A stretch of 64,000 nt of DNA from Eledone cirrhosa (taxonomy: Eukaryota), in the NCBI GenBank assembly GCA_964016885.1, contig OZ024744.1:28892001-28956000 (forward strand), written 5' to 3'. The notes under the pieces are model-generated. The model was not told where the DNA came from, ran no database searches, and was given only the letters and a program-made list of their open reading frames with translations. This document shows, one piece after another, positions 8,760 to 27,900 of this stretch (positions are counted from its first letter, which is position 1; the number at the start of each line of letters is the position of its first letter). The position numbers and the translations under genes are program-made.

Positions 8760-11700
8760 ACCTACTACAATATATCACATCACACTACAATACGCCACAC
8801 CACACTACTGTATATCACACTCCACTACACTATATCAAACCACACTACAGTATAACAAAATACACTACACTATACAACACCACAATACACTATACCACAC
8901 CACAATACACTATACCACACTACAATACAATATACCGCACCACACCACAATACACTATACCACACCACAATACATTATACCACACCTCACTACAATATAC
9001 CGCATCACACCACACTATACCACACCACAATACGATATACCGCACCACACCACACTACAATATACCACACTGCACCACACTACAATATACCACTCCATAC
9101 TACAATATACCACAGCACACTACAATATACCACATCACGCTAAAATATATCACACCACACTACACTATACCACACCACATTACACTATACAACACTACAA
9201 TATTGACACAACACCACGCTACACTATACCACACCACACTACAATATACCACACCATAATACACTATATCAAACCACACTACAATATAACACGCCACTCA
9301 CCAATATACCACACCACACTACAATATATCACACCACACTACTATATATACCACACCACACTACTATATGCCACACCACAGTACTATATACCACACCACA
9401 CTACTATATATACCACAACACACTGCTATATACCACACCACGCTAGGCTATATGCCACACCACAGTACTATATACCACATCACACTACTATATATAGCAT
9501 ACCACACAAATATATACCACACCACACTACTATATACACCACCACACTACTATATATACCACACGACACTACACTATGCCACAGCACACTACAATACACC
9601 ACACAACACTACACTACACTACACCACACCACACCACACCACACCACACCACACCACACCACAATACTATATACCACACCACACTACGTTATACCACACC
9701 ACGCTACAATATACCACACCACACTACAATATGCCACAACACACTACACTATACCACACCACATTACAATATGCCACACTACATAACAACACACCAGTCT
9801 ACAATATTCCACACCACACTACAAGATACAACACCACACTACACTATGTCACCCACACTACATTATACCACATCACACCACACTACAATATACCACACTA
9901 AACTTAAATATACCGCACCACGCTGCAATATACCACACCACACTACTATATACCACACCACACTACAATATGTCACCCCACACTACGCTATACTAAACAA
10001 CGCTACAATATACCACACTACTGTATCCCACATTACACTACAGTATACCACAACATACTACACTATATCACACCACACTACAATATACAACACCACACTA
10101 CAATATAACACACCCCACTGCTATATACCACACCACACTGCACTATGCCACATCACACTACAGTATACCACACCGCACTACAATACACCACACCACACTA
10201 CTGTATGCCACAGTACAACATACCGCACTACTGTATCTCACACCACACTACAGTATACCACGCCACACTACACTATACCACACCACACTACAATATAGCA
10301 CATCACACTACAGTATACCACACCCCACTGCAATATACCACACTACTGTATCCCACACCACACTACAGTATGCCACACCACACTACTATATCCCACACCA
10401 CACTGCAATATACCCCACCACACTACAGTGTACCACACCACACTACTGTATCCCACAACACACAACAATGTACCACACCACATTACTGTATCCCATACCA
10501 CACTACAATATACCACACCACACTACACTATACCACACTGCTATATAGCATACCACACTACAATATACCACACCACACTACAATATGCCACACCACACTA
10601 CTGTATACCACACCACACTACAATATACCACACTAGTGTATCCCACATCACACTAAAATATACCACACCACACTACTGTATCCCACACCACACTACACTA
10701 TGCCAAACCACACTACACTATACCACATCACACTGAACTATACCACACCACGCTGCACTATACGACACCATACTACAATATACCACACCATGCTACTATA
10801 TACCACACCACACTACAATATTCTACACCACACTACAATATACCACACCACACTACAATATACCACACCACACTACTATATGCCACACCAATCTACTGTA
10901 TCCCACAACACACTACAGTATGTCACACCACACTACACTATACCACACTGCTATATACCACACCACACTACTATATAACTTACCACACTACAATATACCA
11001 CACCACTCTACAATATACCATGCCAAACTACTGCGTCCCACACCACACTACTGTATCCCACACCACACTACTGTATACGACACCACACTACACTATACCA
11101 CAACACACTACAATATACCACACTACACTACACTATACCACACCACACTACACTACATCACACCACACTACACAATATCACAACACACTACACTATATCA
11201 CACCACACTACAATATACCACACCACACTACACTATGCCACACGACACTACACTATACCACACCACACTACACTATATCACACCCCACTACAATATACCA
11301 CACAACACAGCAATATACCACACCACACTACAATATAACACACCACACTACAGTATACCACACCACACTACAATATAGTACACCACACTATACTATACCG
11401 CACCACACTACAAAATATCACACCACACTACAATATAGTACACCACACTACACTATACCACACCACATTACACTCTAACACACCACACTACACTATACCA
11501 CACCACATTACACTATATCACACCACACTACACTATTCCACACCATAGTACAATATATCACACCACACTACAGTATATTACACCACACTACATCTCACTA
11601 CAGTATATTACACCACACTACAATATACCACACCACACTACTATGTACCACACCATACTACATTATACCACACCACACAACAGTACACTACAATATACTA

Positions 11701-14700
11701 CACCACACTACATTATATCATATGATACTACAGTATATCACACCACGCTACAATATATGGCACCACTTACACTATATCACACGACACTACAATATACCAC
11801 ACTACACTATATCACACCACAATACAGTATACCACACCACACTGTACACTACCTCACCACACGACACTATATCACACCACACTGCAATATGCCACAGCAC
11901 ACTACAATACGCCACCCCACACAAAACTATACCACACTACAATATACAACCTCTCACTACACTATATCACACCATACTACACTACATAAGACCACAGTGC
12001 AATGTATCACACCACACTACAGTATTGCACACCACACTATATGTACCACACAACATCATATACCAATATATATATACCACACTGTATATACCACACAACA
12101 CTACAATATACCACACCACACTTCCATATTCCAAACCACATCACACTATACTATACCACACCACACTACAGTATACCACACCACACTACTGTATACCACA
12201 CCACACTAATGTATCACACACAACTCTACAATATAGCACACCATGTTACTGTATCCCACACCACACTACAGTATACCACATCACACTACACTATACCACA
12301 CTGCTATATAGCACAGCACACTACACTATACCACATTGCTATATAGCACAGCACACTACACTATACCACACCACACTACAATATACCACACAACACAACA
12401 CTACAATATACCACACCATACTACGGATTACCACACCACACTACAGTATACCACACCAAACTACTGTATCCCACACCACACTAAAATATACCACGCCACA
12501 CTACTGTATCCCACACCACACTACAGTATACCACACAACAGTACTCTATACCACACAGCTATATAGCACACTACACCACACTACTGTATCCATACTACTG
12601 CATCCACACCACACTACTGTATCCCACACAACACTAATATATACCATACCACACTTCCATATACCATACCAAACTACAATATCCCGCACCACACTACAAC
12701 ATAACACACTACATATACCACACCACACTGAAATATACCAGACCTCACTATACTATACCACACACAGAACACTACAACATACCTCAACACACAACACTAC
12801 ATCACACCACACTACAGTATACCACACCACACAACACTATACCACACCACACTACAATATACCCCAACACGCATCACTACATCACACCACACTACAATAT
12901 ACCTCACCACACTACAATACACCATACTACACTACACTATACCACACCACAATACACTATACCACACCACGCTACACTATACCAGACCACACTACACTAT
13001 TCCACACCACACTACAATATACCACACACCTCCACACTACAATATACCACACCACACTACGGTATACCACACCACACTACAATATACCACACCACACTAC
13101 GGTATACCACACCACACTACAAAATACCACACTACTGTATCCCACACGACGCTGCAATATACCAGGCCACTCTACTGTATCCCCACCACACTACAATATA
13201 CCACACCACACTGCAGCATGCCACACCACACTACAATATACCACACCACACTACTGTATCCAACACCACACTACACTATGCCACACCACACTATACCTTA
13301 CCACACCACACTACACTATAACACACCACACTGCACTATACCACACCACACTACAATATACCAAACCACACTACTCTATACCACACCACACTACAATATA
13401 CCACACCACAGTACACTATACCACATCACAATACAATATACCACACCACATGACTATATGCCACACCACACTACTGTATCACACACCACACTACAGTATT
13501 CCACACCACACAGCACTATACCACACTGCTATATACCACACCACACTACTATATAACCCACCACACTACAATATACCACACCACAATACAATATACCACA
13601 CCACACTACAATATACCACACCACACTACTGTGTTCCAAACCACACTACTGTATCCCACAACACACTAGAGTATACGACACCACACTACACTATATCACT
13701 AAATCACAACACACTACTATATACCACACTACACTATATCACACCACACTACACTATACCACACTACACTACGCTATACCACAGCACACTACACTATATC
13801 TACCACACTACACTATATTACAACACACTACAATATAACACACCACACTACTATATACCACACCACACTACACTATATACCACCACACTACACTATACCA
13901 CACCACAATACACTATGCCACACACCACACTACACTATACCACACCAAACTACAATATACCACACCACACACCAATATACCACACCACACTACTATACCA
14001 CACCACACTACAATATATCACACCACACTACACTTTACCACACCATACTACTATATATCACACCTCACTACACAATATACCACACCACACTACTATATAC
14101 CACACCACACTACACTATATCTCACCACACTACACTATATCACACCACACTGCAATATACCATACCATACTACAATATACCACACCACACTACACTATAC
14201 CACTCAACACTAAAATATACCACACCACACTACACTATACCACACCACACTACAGTATATCACATCACACTACAATATAGTAAACCACACTACACTATAC
14301 CACACCACACTACACTCTACCACACCACACTACACTATAGAACACGACACTACAATATACGACACCACCCTACACTATATCACACCACACTACACTATTC
14401 CACACCATACTACAATATATCACAGCCCACTACAGTATATTACACCACACTACAATATACCACAACACACTACAGTATATTACACCACACTACAATATAC
14501 CACAACACACTACTCTATACAGCACCATACTACACTATACCACACCACACCACAGTACACTACAATATACTATACCACACTACATTATATCACATCACAT
14601 CATACCACACCACACTACAATATACCACACTACACTATATCACACCACAATACAGTATACCACACTACAGTATTGCACACCACACTATATGTACCACACA

Positions 14701-16090
14701 CTACTATATACCAATATATATATATATATATACCACACTGTATATACCACACAAGACTACTATATACCACACCACACTTCCATATACCAGACCACACGAT
14801 ACTATATCCCACACCACATTACAATATACCACACCACACTACAGTATACCACACCAAACTACTGTATCTCACACCACACTACAATATACCACAACACACT
14901 ACTGTATCCCACACCACACTGCAGTATACGACACAACACTACTCTATACCACGCTGCTATATAGCACACTGCACTACACTATAGCACATCACACTACTGT
15001 ATCCCACACAACACTACTATATACCATACCAAACTACAATATAACGCACCACACTACAACATAACACACTACATATACCACACCACACTGAAATATACCA
15101 TACCTCACCACAGCAAACTACACTATACCACACCACACTACAATATACCTCAACACACAACATTACATCACACCACACTACAGTATACCACACCACACTA
15201 CACAATACCATACCACACCACAAACACTACATCACACCACACTACATTATACCACACCACACTACACTATACCACACCACACTACACTATACCACACAAC
15301 ACTACAATATACCACAACACACTACACTACATCACACCACAATACACTATACCACACCACACTACACTATACCACACAACACTACACTATACCATACCAC
15401 ACTATACCTCACCACACTACAATACACCACACCACACTACACTATACCACACCACGCTACACTATACCAAACCAAACTACACTATGCCACACCACACTAC
15501 ACTATACCACACCACGCTACACTACATCGCACCACACTACACTGTACCACACCACACTATACTATACCACACCACACTACACTATACCTCAGCACACTAC
15601 AATACACCACCCACACTACACTATACCACACCACACTACAATACACCACATGACACTACACTATACCACACTACACTATACCACACCACGATAAACTATA
15701 CCACACCACACTACACTATGCCACAACACGCTACACTATACCACACAACACTACACTATACCACACCACACAACATTACATCACACCACACTACACTGTA
15801 CCACACCACACTATACCACACCACACTATAATATACCACACCATACTACATTACATCACACCACACTGCTATATACCACACCACAGTACACTATGCCACA
15901 ACACGCTACACTAAATCACATCACACTACGCTATAACACACCACGCTACAATATATCATCACACTACACTACAATATACCACAACACGCTACACTATATC
16001 ATCACACCACACTACAATATAAAACACCACACTATATTATACCACACCACACTACACTACATCATCACACCACACTAAAATATACCACAT
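8760..16090. repeat. Pentamer-based satellite (words CACAC/TACAC/TACAA/TATAC; common 20-mer CACACCACACTACAATATAC)
   Basis: 5-nt phase persists over ~7.3 kb. All frames give H/Y/T/P/I repetitive peptides. Confidence 0.95.
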
Positions 16091-16444
16091 CATACTACAA
16101 CTCCAAGGAACATCTCCAGTAACACTACATAAACAACAGCATATGGTACACAATCAACAACAACAGCAACAATAACAACTACATCACCAAGCAGAAAATT
16201 AAATACATCACCTACAACATCCACATTATGAAAAACAACAACGGCAAGAATTCTAGCCCTAACAACAAGAACAACAACAACCAACAACAACACTAAAAAT
16301 AAATACACGTTTAACACCACCACCCAAACCAGCAACACCACCAACACCAACAACACCACCACCACCACCAACACCAACAACACCACCAATACCACCAACA
16401 ACACCAACACCAACACCATCACCACCACGAGCACCAAAAACACC

Positions 16445-16475
<31 letters not shown>

Positions 16476-18963
16476 CCAACACAACCAGCACCAACAAAAG
16501 CAAAAACACCACCACCACCAACACCACCAACATTACCAACACCACCACCAACCCCACCAACACCAACAACAACACCAACACCACCACCACCACCACCACC
16601 ACCACCAACACCACCACTAACACCACCAACACCACCAACACCAGTAACACCAACAACAACAACACCACCAACACCAGCAACACCACCGTCACCAACAACA
16701 ACACCACCACCACCACCAACACCAACAACACCAACAACACCAACACCAACACCACCACCAACAACACCACCAGCTACACCACCAACACCACCACCAACAC
16801 GACCATCACCACCAACATCAATAACACCACCATCACCATCAACAACACCAACACCAACACCACCACCAACACCACCAACACCACCAACACCACCAACACC
16901 TCAACCAACACCACCAACACCAGTAACACCAACAACAACAGCACTACCAACACCAGCAACACCACCAGCAGCAAAAACAACACCACCACCAACACCAACA
17001 ACACCAACACCAACACCTCCACCACCAACACCACCACCAACACCACCAACACCACCACCAACACAACCATCACCACCAACATCAATAACACCACCATCAA
17101 CATCAACAACACCAACACCACCACCAACACCACCAACACCACCACCAACAACACCTACACCACCACAAGCACCACCACCACAAACACCACCACCAACACT
17201 AACAACACCACTACCAACACCAGCAAAACCACCACCACCAACACCAAGAACAGCACCAACACCAACACCACCACCAACACTAACAACAACACCAGCACCA
17301 ACAACAGCACCAACACCACCAACAACACCAACAACACCATCAACACCAACACCACCAACACCACCACCACCACCAACAAGAAAACCAACACTACCACCAC
17401 CAACAACACCACCAACACCACCACCACCACCACCAACGCCATGAGCACCACCAACACCAACAACACCACCAACACCAACACCAACAACACCACCACCACC
17501 ACCACCACCACCAACACCACCAACACCACCAACACCACCACCACCACCACCACCACCACCACCAACACCACCAACACCACCAACAACACCACCACCACCA
17601 CCACCACCACCACCAACAACACCAACACCACCAACACCACCACCATCACCACCAACACCAAGAACAGCACCAACACCAACAACACCACCAACACCAACAA
17701 CAACACCAACACCATCACCAGCAACACCAACACCACCAACACCACCACCAACACGACCAACACCACCACCACCAACACCAATAACACCACCACCACCATC
17801 AACAACACCAACACCAACAACACCACCAACAGCAACACCAACACCAACACTACCAAGACCACTACCAACATCACCAACAGCACCACCACCAACACCAAGA
17901 TCAGCACCAACACCAACACCAACAACACCACCAACAGCAACACCAACACCAACACTACCAAGACCACTACCAACATCACCAACAACAACACCACCAACAC
18001 CAACACCAACACCAACACCAACAACACCACCAACACCAACACCAACACCAACACCAATACCAGCAACACCACCACCACCAAAAACAACACGAACACCACC
18101 AACAACACCAACAACACCACCAACACCAACACCACCAGCACCAACAACAACACCACCACCATCAGCAACACCAACAACACCAACAACACCAACACCAACA
18201 CCACCACCACCAACACCCCCACAACACCACCAACACCACCACCAACACGACCATCACCACCAACATCAATAACACCACCATCACCATCAACAACACCAAC
18301 ACCAACACCACCACCAACACCATCAACACCACCACCAACAACACCTACACCGCCACAAACACCACCACCAACACTAACAACACCACTACCAACACCAGCA
18401 AAACCACCACCACCAACACCAAGAACAGCACCAACACCAACACCACCACCAACACTAACAACAACACCAGCACCAACAACAGCACCAACACCACCAACAA
18501 CACCAACAACACCACCAACACCAAGAACAGCACCAACACCAACAACACCACCAACACTAACAACAACACCAGCACCAACAACAGCACCAACACCACCAAC
18601 AACACCAACAACACCATCAACACCAACACCACCAACACCACCACCACCACCAACAAGAAAACCAACACTACCACCACCAACAACACCAGCAACACCACCA
18701 CCACCAACACCACCACCAACACGACCATCACCACCAACATCAATAACACCACCATCACCATCAACAACACCAACACCAACACCACCACCAACACCATCAA
18801 CACCACCACCAACAACACCTACACCGCCACAAACACCACCACCAACACTAACAACACCACTACCAACACCAACAAAACCACCACCACCAACACCAAGAAC
18901 AGCACCAATACCACCAACAACACCAACACCAACACCATCACCACCACGAGCACCAAAAACACC

Positions 18964-18994
<31 letters not shown>

Positions 18995-21900
18995 CCAACA
19001 CAACCAGCACCAACAAAAGCAAAAACACCACCACCACCAACACCACCAACATTACCAACACCACCACCAACCCCACCAACACCAACAACAACACCAACAC
19101 CACCACCACCACCACCACCACCACCAACACCACCACTAACACCACCAACACCACCAACACCAGTAACACCAACAACAACAACACCACCAACACCAGCAAC
19201 ACCACCGTCACCAACAACAACACCACCACCACCACCAACACCAACAACACCAACAACACCAACACCAACACCACCACCAACAACACCACCAGCTACACCA
19301 CCAACACCACCACCAACACGACCATCACCACCAACATCAATAACACCACCATCACCATCAACAACACCAACACCAACACCACCACCAACACCACCAACAC
19401 CACCAACACCACCAACACCTCAACCAACACCACCAACACCAGTAACACCAACAACAACAGCACTACCAACACCAGCAACACCACCAGCAGCAAAAACAAC
19501 ACCACCACCAACACCAACAACACCAACACCAACACCTCCACCACCAACACCACCACCAACACCACCAACACCACCACCAACACAACCATCACCACCAACA
19601 TCAATAACACCACCATCAACATCAACAACACCAACACCACCACCAACACCACCAACACCACCACCAACAACACCTACACCACCACAAGCACCACCACCAC
19701 AAACACCACCACCAACACTAACAACACCACTACCAACACCAGCAAAACCACCACCACCAACACCAAGAACAGCACCAACACCAACACCACCACCAACACT
19801 AACAACAACACCAGCACCAACAACAGCACCAACACCACCAACAACACCAACAACACCATCAACACCAACACCACCAACACCACCACCACCACCAACAAGA
19901 AAACCAACACTACCACCACCAACAACACCACCAACACCACCACCACCACCACCAACGCCATGAGCACCACCAACACCAACAACACCACCAACACCAACAC
20001 CAACAACACCACCACCACCACCACCACCACCAACACCACCAACACCACCAACACCACCACCACCACCACCACCACCACCACCAACACCACCAACACCACC
20101 AACAACACCACCACCACCACCACCACCACCACCAACAACACCAACACCACCAACACCACCACCATCACCACCAACACCAAGAACAGCACCAACACCAACA
20201 ACACCACCAACACCAACAACAACACCAACACCATCACCAGCAACACCAACACCACCAACACCACCACCAACACGACCAACACCACCACCACCAACACCAA
20301 TAACACCACCACCACCATCAACAACACCAACACCAACAACACCACCAACAGCAACACCAACACCAACACTACCAAGACCACTACCAACATCACCAACAGC
20401 ACCACCACCAACACCAAGATCAGCACCAACACCAACACCAACAACACCACCAACAGCAACACCAACACCAACACTACCAAGACCACTACCAACATCACCA
20501 ACAACAACACCACCAACACCAACACCAACACCAACACCAACAACACCACCAACACCAACACCAACACCAACACCAATACCAGCAACACCACCACCACCAA
20601 AAACAACACGAACACCACCAACAACACCAACAACACCACCAACACCAACACCACCAGCACCAACAACAACACCACCACCATCAGCAACACCAACAACACC
20701 AACAACACCAACACCAACACCACCACCACCAACACCCCCACAACACCACCAACACCACCACCAACACGACCATCACCACCAACATCAATAACACCACCAT
20801 CACCATCAACAACACCAACACCAACACCACCACCAACACCATCAACACCACCACCAACAACACCTACACCGCCACAAACACCACCACCAACACTAACAAC
20901 ACCACTACCAACACCAGCAAAACCACCACCACCAACACCAAGAACAGCACCAACACCAACACCACCACCAACACTAACAACAACACCAGCACCAACAACA
21001 GCACCAACACCACCAACAACACCAACAACACCACCAACACCAAGAACAGCACCAACACCAACAACACCACCAACACTAACAACAACACCAGCACCAACAA
21101 CAGCACCAACACCACCAACAACACCAACAACACCATCAACACCAACACCACCAACACGACCATCACCACCAACATCAATAACACCACCATCACCATCAAC
21201 AACACCAACACCAACACCACCACCAACACCATCAACACCACCACCAACAACACCTACACCGCCACAAACACCACCACCAACACTAACAACACCACTACCA
21301 ACACCAACAAAACCACCACCACCAACACCAAGAACAGCACCAACACCAACAACACCACCAACACTGACAACAACACCAGCACCAACAACAACACCAACAC
21401 CACCAAGAACACCAACAAAACCACCAACACCAACACCACAAACACCACCACCACCAACAACAACAAAACCAACACTACCACCAACAACATCACCACCAAC
21501 ACCACCACCACCACCACCAACGCCATGAGCACCACCAACACCAACAACACCACCAACACCAACAACTACACCTACAACACCACCACCACCCCCAACACCA
21601 ACACCACCACCATCACCACCAACACCAAGAACAGCACCAACACCAACAACACCACCAACACCAACAACAACACCAACACCAACACCAGCAACACCAACAC
21701 CACCAACACCACCAACAACACGACCAACACCACCACCACCAACACCATTAACACTACCACCACCATCAACAACACCAACACCAACAACAGCAGCAACACC
21801 ACCTCCACCACCACCACCACCACCAACACCACCACCACCACCACCAACACCATCACCAACACCACCAACACCACCACCAACAACACCTACACCACCACAA

Positions 21901-24900
21901 GCACCACCACCAACACCACCACCAACACTACCAAGACCACTAACAAGACCACCAACAACAGCACCACCAACACCAAGATCAGCACCAACACCAACAACAC
22001 CACCAACAGCAACACCAACACCAACACTACCAAGACCACTACCAACACCACCAACAACACCACCACCAACACCAAGATCAGCACCAACACCAGCAACACC
22101 ACCAACAGCAACACCAACACCAACACCAATACCAGCAACACCACCACCACCAAAAACAACACGAAAACCACCAACAACACCAACAACACCACCAACACCA
22201 ACACCACCAACACCAACACCACCACCAACAACAAAACCACCACTACCACCACCACCAACACCACCAACGCCAGCACCACCACCACCAACACCATGAATAC
22301 TACCAACACCAACAACACCACCAACACCAACAACAACACCAACACTACCACCACCAGCACCAACACCAGCAACACCACTAGAACCAAAAACAACACCAAC
22401 AACTCCACCAACACCAACACCATCAACACCAACACCACCAAGACCACCACCACCAACAACAAAACCAACACTACCACCAACAACATCACCACCAACACCA
22501 CCACCACCACCACCAACGCCATGAGCACCACCAACACCAACAACACCACCAACACCAACAACTACACCAACAACACCACCACCACCCCCAACACCAACAC
22601 CACCACCATCACCATCAACACCAAGAACAGCACCAACACCAACAACACCACCAACACCAACAACAACACCAACACCGACACCAGCAACACCAACACCACC
22701 AACACCACCACCAACACGACCAACACCACCACCACCAACACCATTAACACTACCACCACCATCAACAACACCAACACCAACAACAGCAGCAACACCACCT
22801 CCACCACCACCACCACCACCAACAACACCACCAACACCACCAACACCACCACCAACAACACCTACACCACCACAAGCACCACCACCAACACCACCACCAA
22901 CACTACCAAGACCACTACCAACACCACCAACAACACCACCACCAACACCAAGATCAGCACCAACACCAACAACACCACCAACAGCAACACCAACACCAAC
23001 ACTACCAAGACCACTACCAACACCACCAACAACACCACCACCAACACCAAGATCAGCACCAACAGCAACAACACCACCAACAGCAACACCAACACCAACA
23101 CCAATACCAGCAACACCACCAAAACCAAAAACAACACGAAAACCACCAACAACACCAACAACACCACCAGCACCAACACCACCAACACCAACACCACCAC
23201 CAACAACAAAACCACCACTACCACCACCACCAACACCACCAACGCCAGCACCACCACCACCAACACCATGAATACTACCAACACCAACAACACCACCAAC
23301 ACCAACAACAACACCAACACTACCACCACCAGCACCAACACCAGCAACACCACTAGAACCAAAAACAACACCTACGACTCCACCAACACCAACACCATCA
23401 ACACCAACACCACCAAGACCACCACCAACAACAACACCAACACCACCAACAACACCACCGACACCACCAACACTACCACCACCACCAACACCAACACCAC
23501 CAACACAAACACCACCACCACCAACAACAACACAACCAACACCAACATCACCACCAACAACACCAACACCACCAACACCAACACCACCAACAACACCACC
23601 AACAAAACCACCACCACCACCAACACCACCAACACCACCACCACCACCAACACCACCACCACCACCACCGACAGCAACAACACCACCAACAACAACATTA
23701 ACAACAACACCAACACCAACACCACCACCAACAACAAGAACACCACCCCCACCACCACCAACACCACCAACACCAACAACAGCAACAACACCAACACCAA
23801 CACCACCAACACCACCAACACCACCAACACCGCCAACACCACCAACAACAACAACACCACCACCACCAACACCAACAAGAGCACCAATACCACCAACACC
23901 ACCAAAAACAACAACACCACCACCACCACCAAACCCACCAACACCACCAACACCACTAACACCAACACTACCACAAACACCAACAACACCAACAACACCA
24001 GGAACACCACCAACAACACCAACACCACCACCCACACCACCAATACCACCAACACCACCACCACCACCACCACCAACACCAACATCACCACCACCACACC
24101 AACAACACCACCAACAACAACAACACCAACACCAACACCACCACCAACAACAACAACACCACCACCACCAACACCACCAGCACCACCAACACCACCAACA
24201 CCACCACCACCACCACCACCACCAACACCAACAACACCAACAACGCCACCACCAACACCACCAACACCAACACTACCACCAACACCAAAAACACCAACAA
24301 CACCAACACCAACACCAACACCAACACCAACACCACCACCAACACCAACAACAACACCAACACCAACACCAACACCACCACCAACACCAACACCAACAAC
24401 AATACCAACATCAACACCAACAACACCACCACCACCAACAACACCAACATCACCAACAACACCACCAACAACACCAACAACACCACCAACACCAACAACA
24501 CCACCACCAACACCACCAACACCAACAACACCAACAACACCAACAACCCCAACAACACCAACAACCCCAACACCAACACCAACACCACCAACACCACCAT
24601 CACCACCAATACCACCAACACCAACAACACCACCACCACCAACACCAACAACACCACCAACACCACCAACACCACCAACACCACCAACACCACCCACAAC
24701 AACACCACCACCACCAAAACCAACACCAACACCAACACCAACACCACCACCAACACCAACAACACCACCCCCACCACCACCAACACCAGCAACACCACCA
24801 GCACTAACACCAACAACAACACCAACACCAACACCAACAAGACTACCAACACCACATCCACCAACAATACCAACAACACCAACACCACCAACAACACCGA

Positions 24901-27900
24901 CGACACCACTAACAACAACACCACCAACAACACCAACACCACCACCGCCACCAACACCACCAACAACACCAACACAACCACCACCACCAACACCAACAAC
25001 ACCACCAAATCAAACAACACCAACAACACCAACACCATCACAAACACCAGCAACAACACCAACAACACCAACAACACCAACAACACCAACAACCGCAACA
25101 ACACCACCATCACCATCAACACTACCAACACCAACACCACCAACAACACCGCCACCACCAACAACACCAACAACAACAACACCACCAACAACACCACCAA
25201 CACCACCAACACCACCCCACCTCCACCAACACCAGCAACACCAGCACCAACACCAACACCAACACCAACACCAGCACTAACAACACCACCAACACCAACA
25301 ACACCAACACCAACACCACCAACAACGCTAACAACACCACCAACAACAACACCACCACCAACAACAACAACAACACCACCAACAACACCAACATCACCAA
25401 CAACACCACCACCGCCACCAACACCACCAACAACACCACCACCACCAAAACCAACACCAACACCAACACCAACACCACCACCAACACCAACAACACCACC
25501 CCCACCACCACCAACACCAGCAACACCACCAGCACTAACACCAACAACAACACCAACACCAACACCAACAAGACTACCAACACCACATCCACCAACAATA
25601 CCAACAACACCAACACCACCAACAACACCGACGACACCACTAACAACAACACCACCAACAACACCAACACCACCACCGCCACCAACACCACCAACACCAA
25701 CAACACAACCACCACCACCAACACCAACAACACCACCAAATCAAACAACACCAACAACACCAACACCATCACAAACACCAGCAACAACACCAACAACACC
25801 AACAACACCAACAACACCAACAACCGCAACAACAACACCACCATCACCACCAACACCACCAACACCACCAACACCACCAACAACACCGCCACCACCAACA
25901 ACACCAACAACACCAACAACAACACCACCAACACCACCAACACCACCCCACCTCCACCAACACCAGCAACACCAGCACCAACACCAACACCAACACCAAC
26001 ACCAGCACTAACAACACCACCAACACCAACAACACCAACACCAACACCACCAACACCAACACCACCAACACCAACACCACCAACAACATCAAGACCACCA
26101 ACACCACCACCAACAACACCACCAACACCACCAACAGCACCAACACCACCACCACCACCAACACCAACAGCACCACCAAAACCAACAACACCACCACCGC
26201 CAACAACACCAACAAAAACACCAACAACACCAACAACACCAACAAAACCAACACCACCAACACCACCAACACCACCAACACCACCAACACCACCAACACC
26301 ACCAACACCACCACCAACACCACCAACACCAACAACACCAACAACACCAACAACCCCAACACCAACACCAACAACACCACCAACAACAACAACACCACCA
26401 CCACCAAAACCAACAACACAACCAACACCACCAACACCACCAACAACAACAACACCACCACCACCAACAACAACAACACCACCACCACCAACAGCACGAA
26501 TACCACCAACACCACCAACACCACCAACACCACCAACACCACCAACACAAACAACAACTCCACCACCACCACCAACAACACCACCAATGCCACCGACACT
26601 AACACTACCACCAACACCAACAAAACCAACAAACCCAACCCCAACCCCAACACCACCACCAACACCAACACCAACAACAACACCTACACCAACACCAACA
26701 ACACCACCTACACAACATCCACCAAGAACATCAACACCACCAACAACACCAACAACACCACCTACACCAACACCAACAACACCACCTACACAACATCCAC
26801 CAAGAACATCAACACCACCAACAACACCAACAACACCACCAACACCAACACCACCAACAACATCAACACCACCACCACCACCAACGCTAACAACACCACC
26901 AACAACAACACCACCACCACCAACAACAACAACACCACCAACAACACCAACATCACCAACAACACCACCACCGCCACCAACACCACCAACAACACCACCA
27001 TCACCACCAACAACACCAACACCACCAACACCAACACCAACACCACCAACAACACCACCAACAACACCACCACCACGAACACCACGAACACCACCACCAC
27101 CACCAACACCACCACCACCCCCACCAACACCAACAACACCACCAACAACAACATCAACAACAACACCAACACCAACACCAAGACCAACACCAGGAACACC
27201 ACCCCCACCACCACCAACACCACCAACACCAACAACAGCAACAACACCAACACCAACACCACCAACACCACCAACACCACCAACACCGCCAACACCGCCA
27301 ACAACAACAACACCACCACCACCAACACCAACAACAGCACCAATACCACCAACACCACCAACAACAACAACACCACCACCACCACCAACACCACCAACAC
27401 CACCAACACCACTAACACCAACACTACCACCAACACCAACAACACCAACAACACCAACAACACCACCAACAACACCACCACCCACACCACCAATACCACC
27501 AACACCACCACCACCACCACCACCAACACCAACATCACCACCACCAACACCAACAACACCACCAACAACAACAACAACACCAACACCAACACCACCACCA
27601 CCAACAACAACACCACCACCACCAACACCACCAACACCACCAACACCACCAACACCACCACCACCACCACCACCACCAACACCAACAACACCAACAACAC
27701 CACCACCAACACCACCAACACCAACACTACCACCAACACCAAAAACACCAACAACACCAACACCAACACCAACACCAACACCAACACCAACACCACCAAC
27801 AACACCAACAACAACACCAACACCAACACCAACACCACCACCAACACCAACACCAACAACAACACCAACATCAACACCAACAACACCACCACCACCAACA

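Noticed and set aside
8717-16078. His/Tyr/Thr-rich ORFs
   Set aside because: Translations of the pentamer satellite; similar peptides appear in all three frames.
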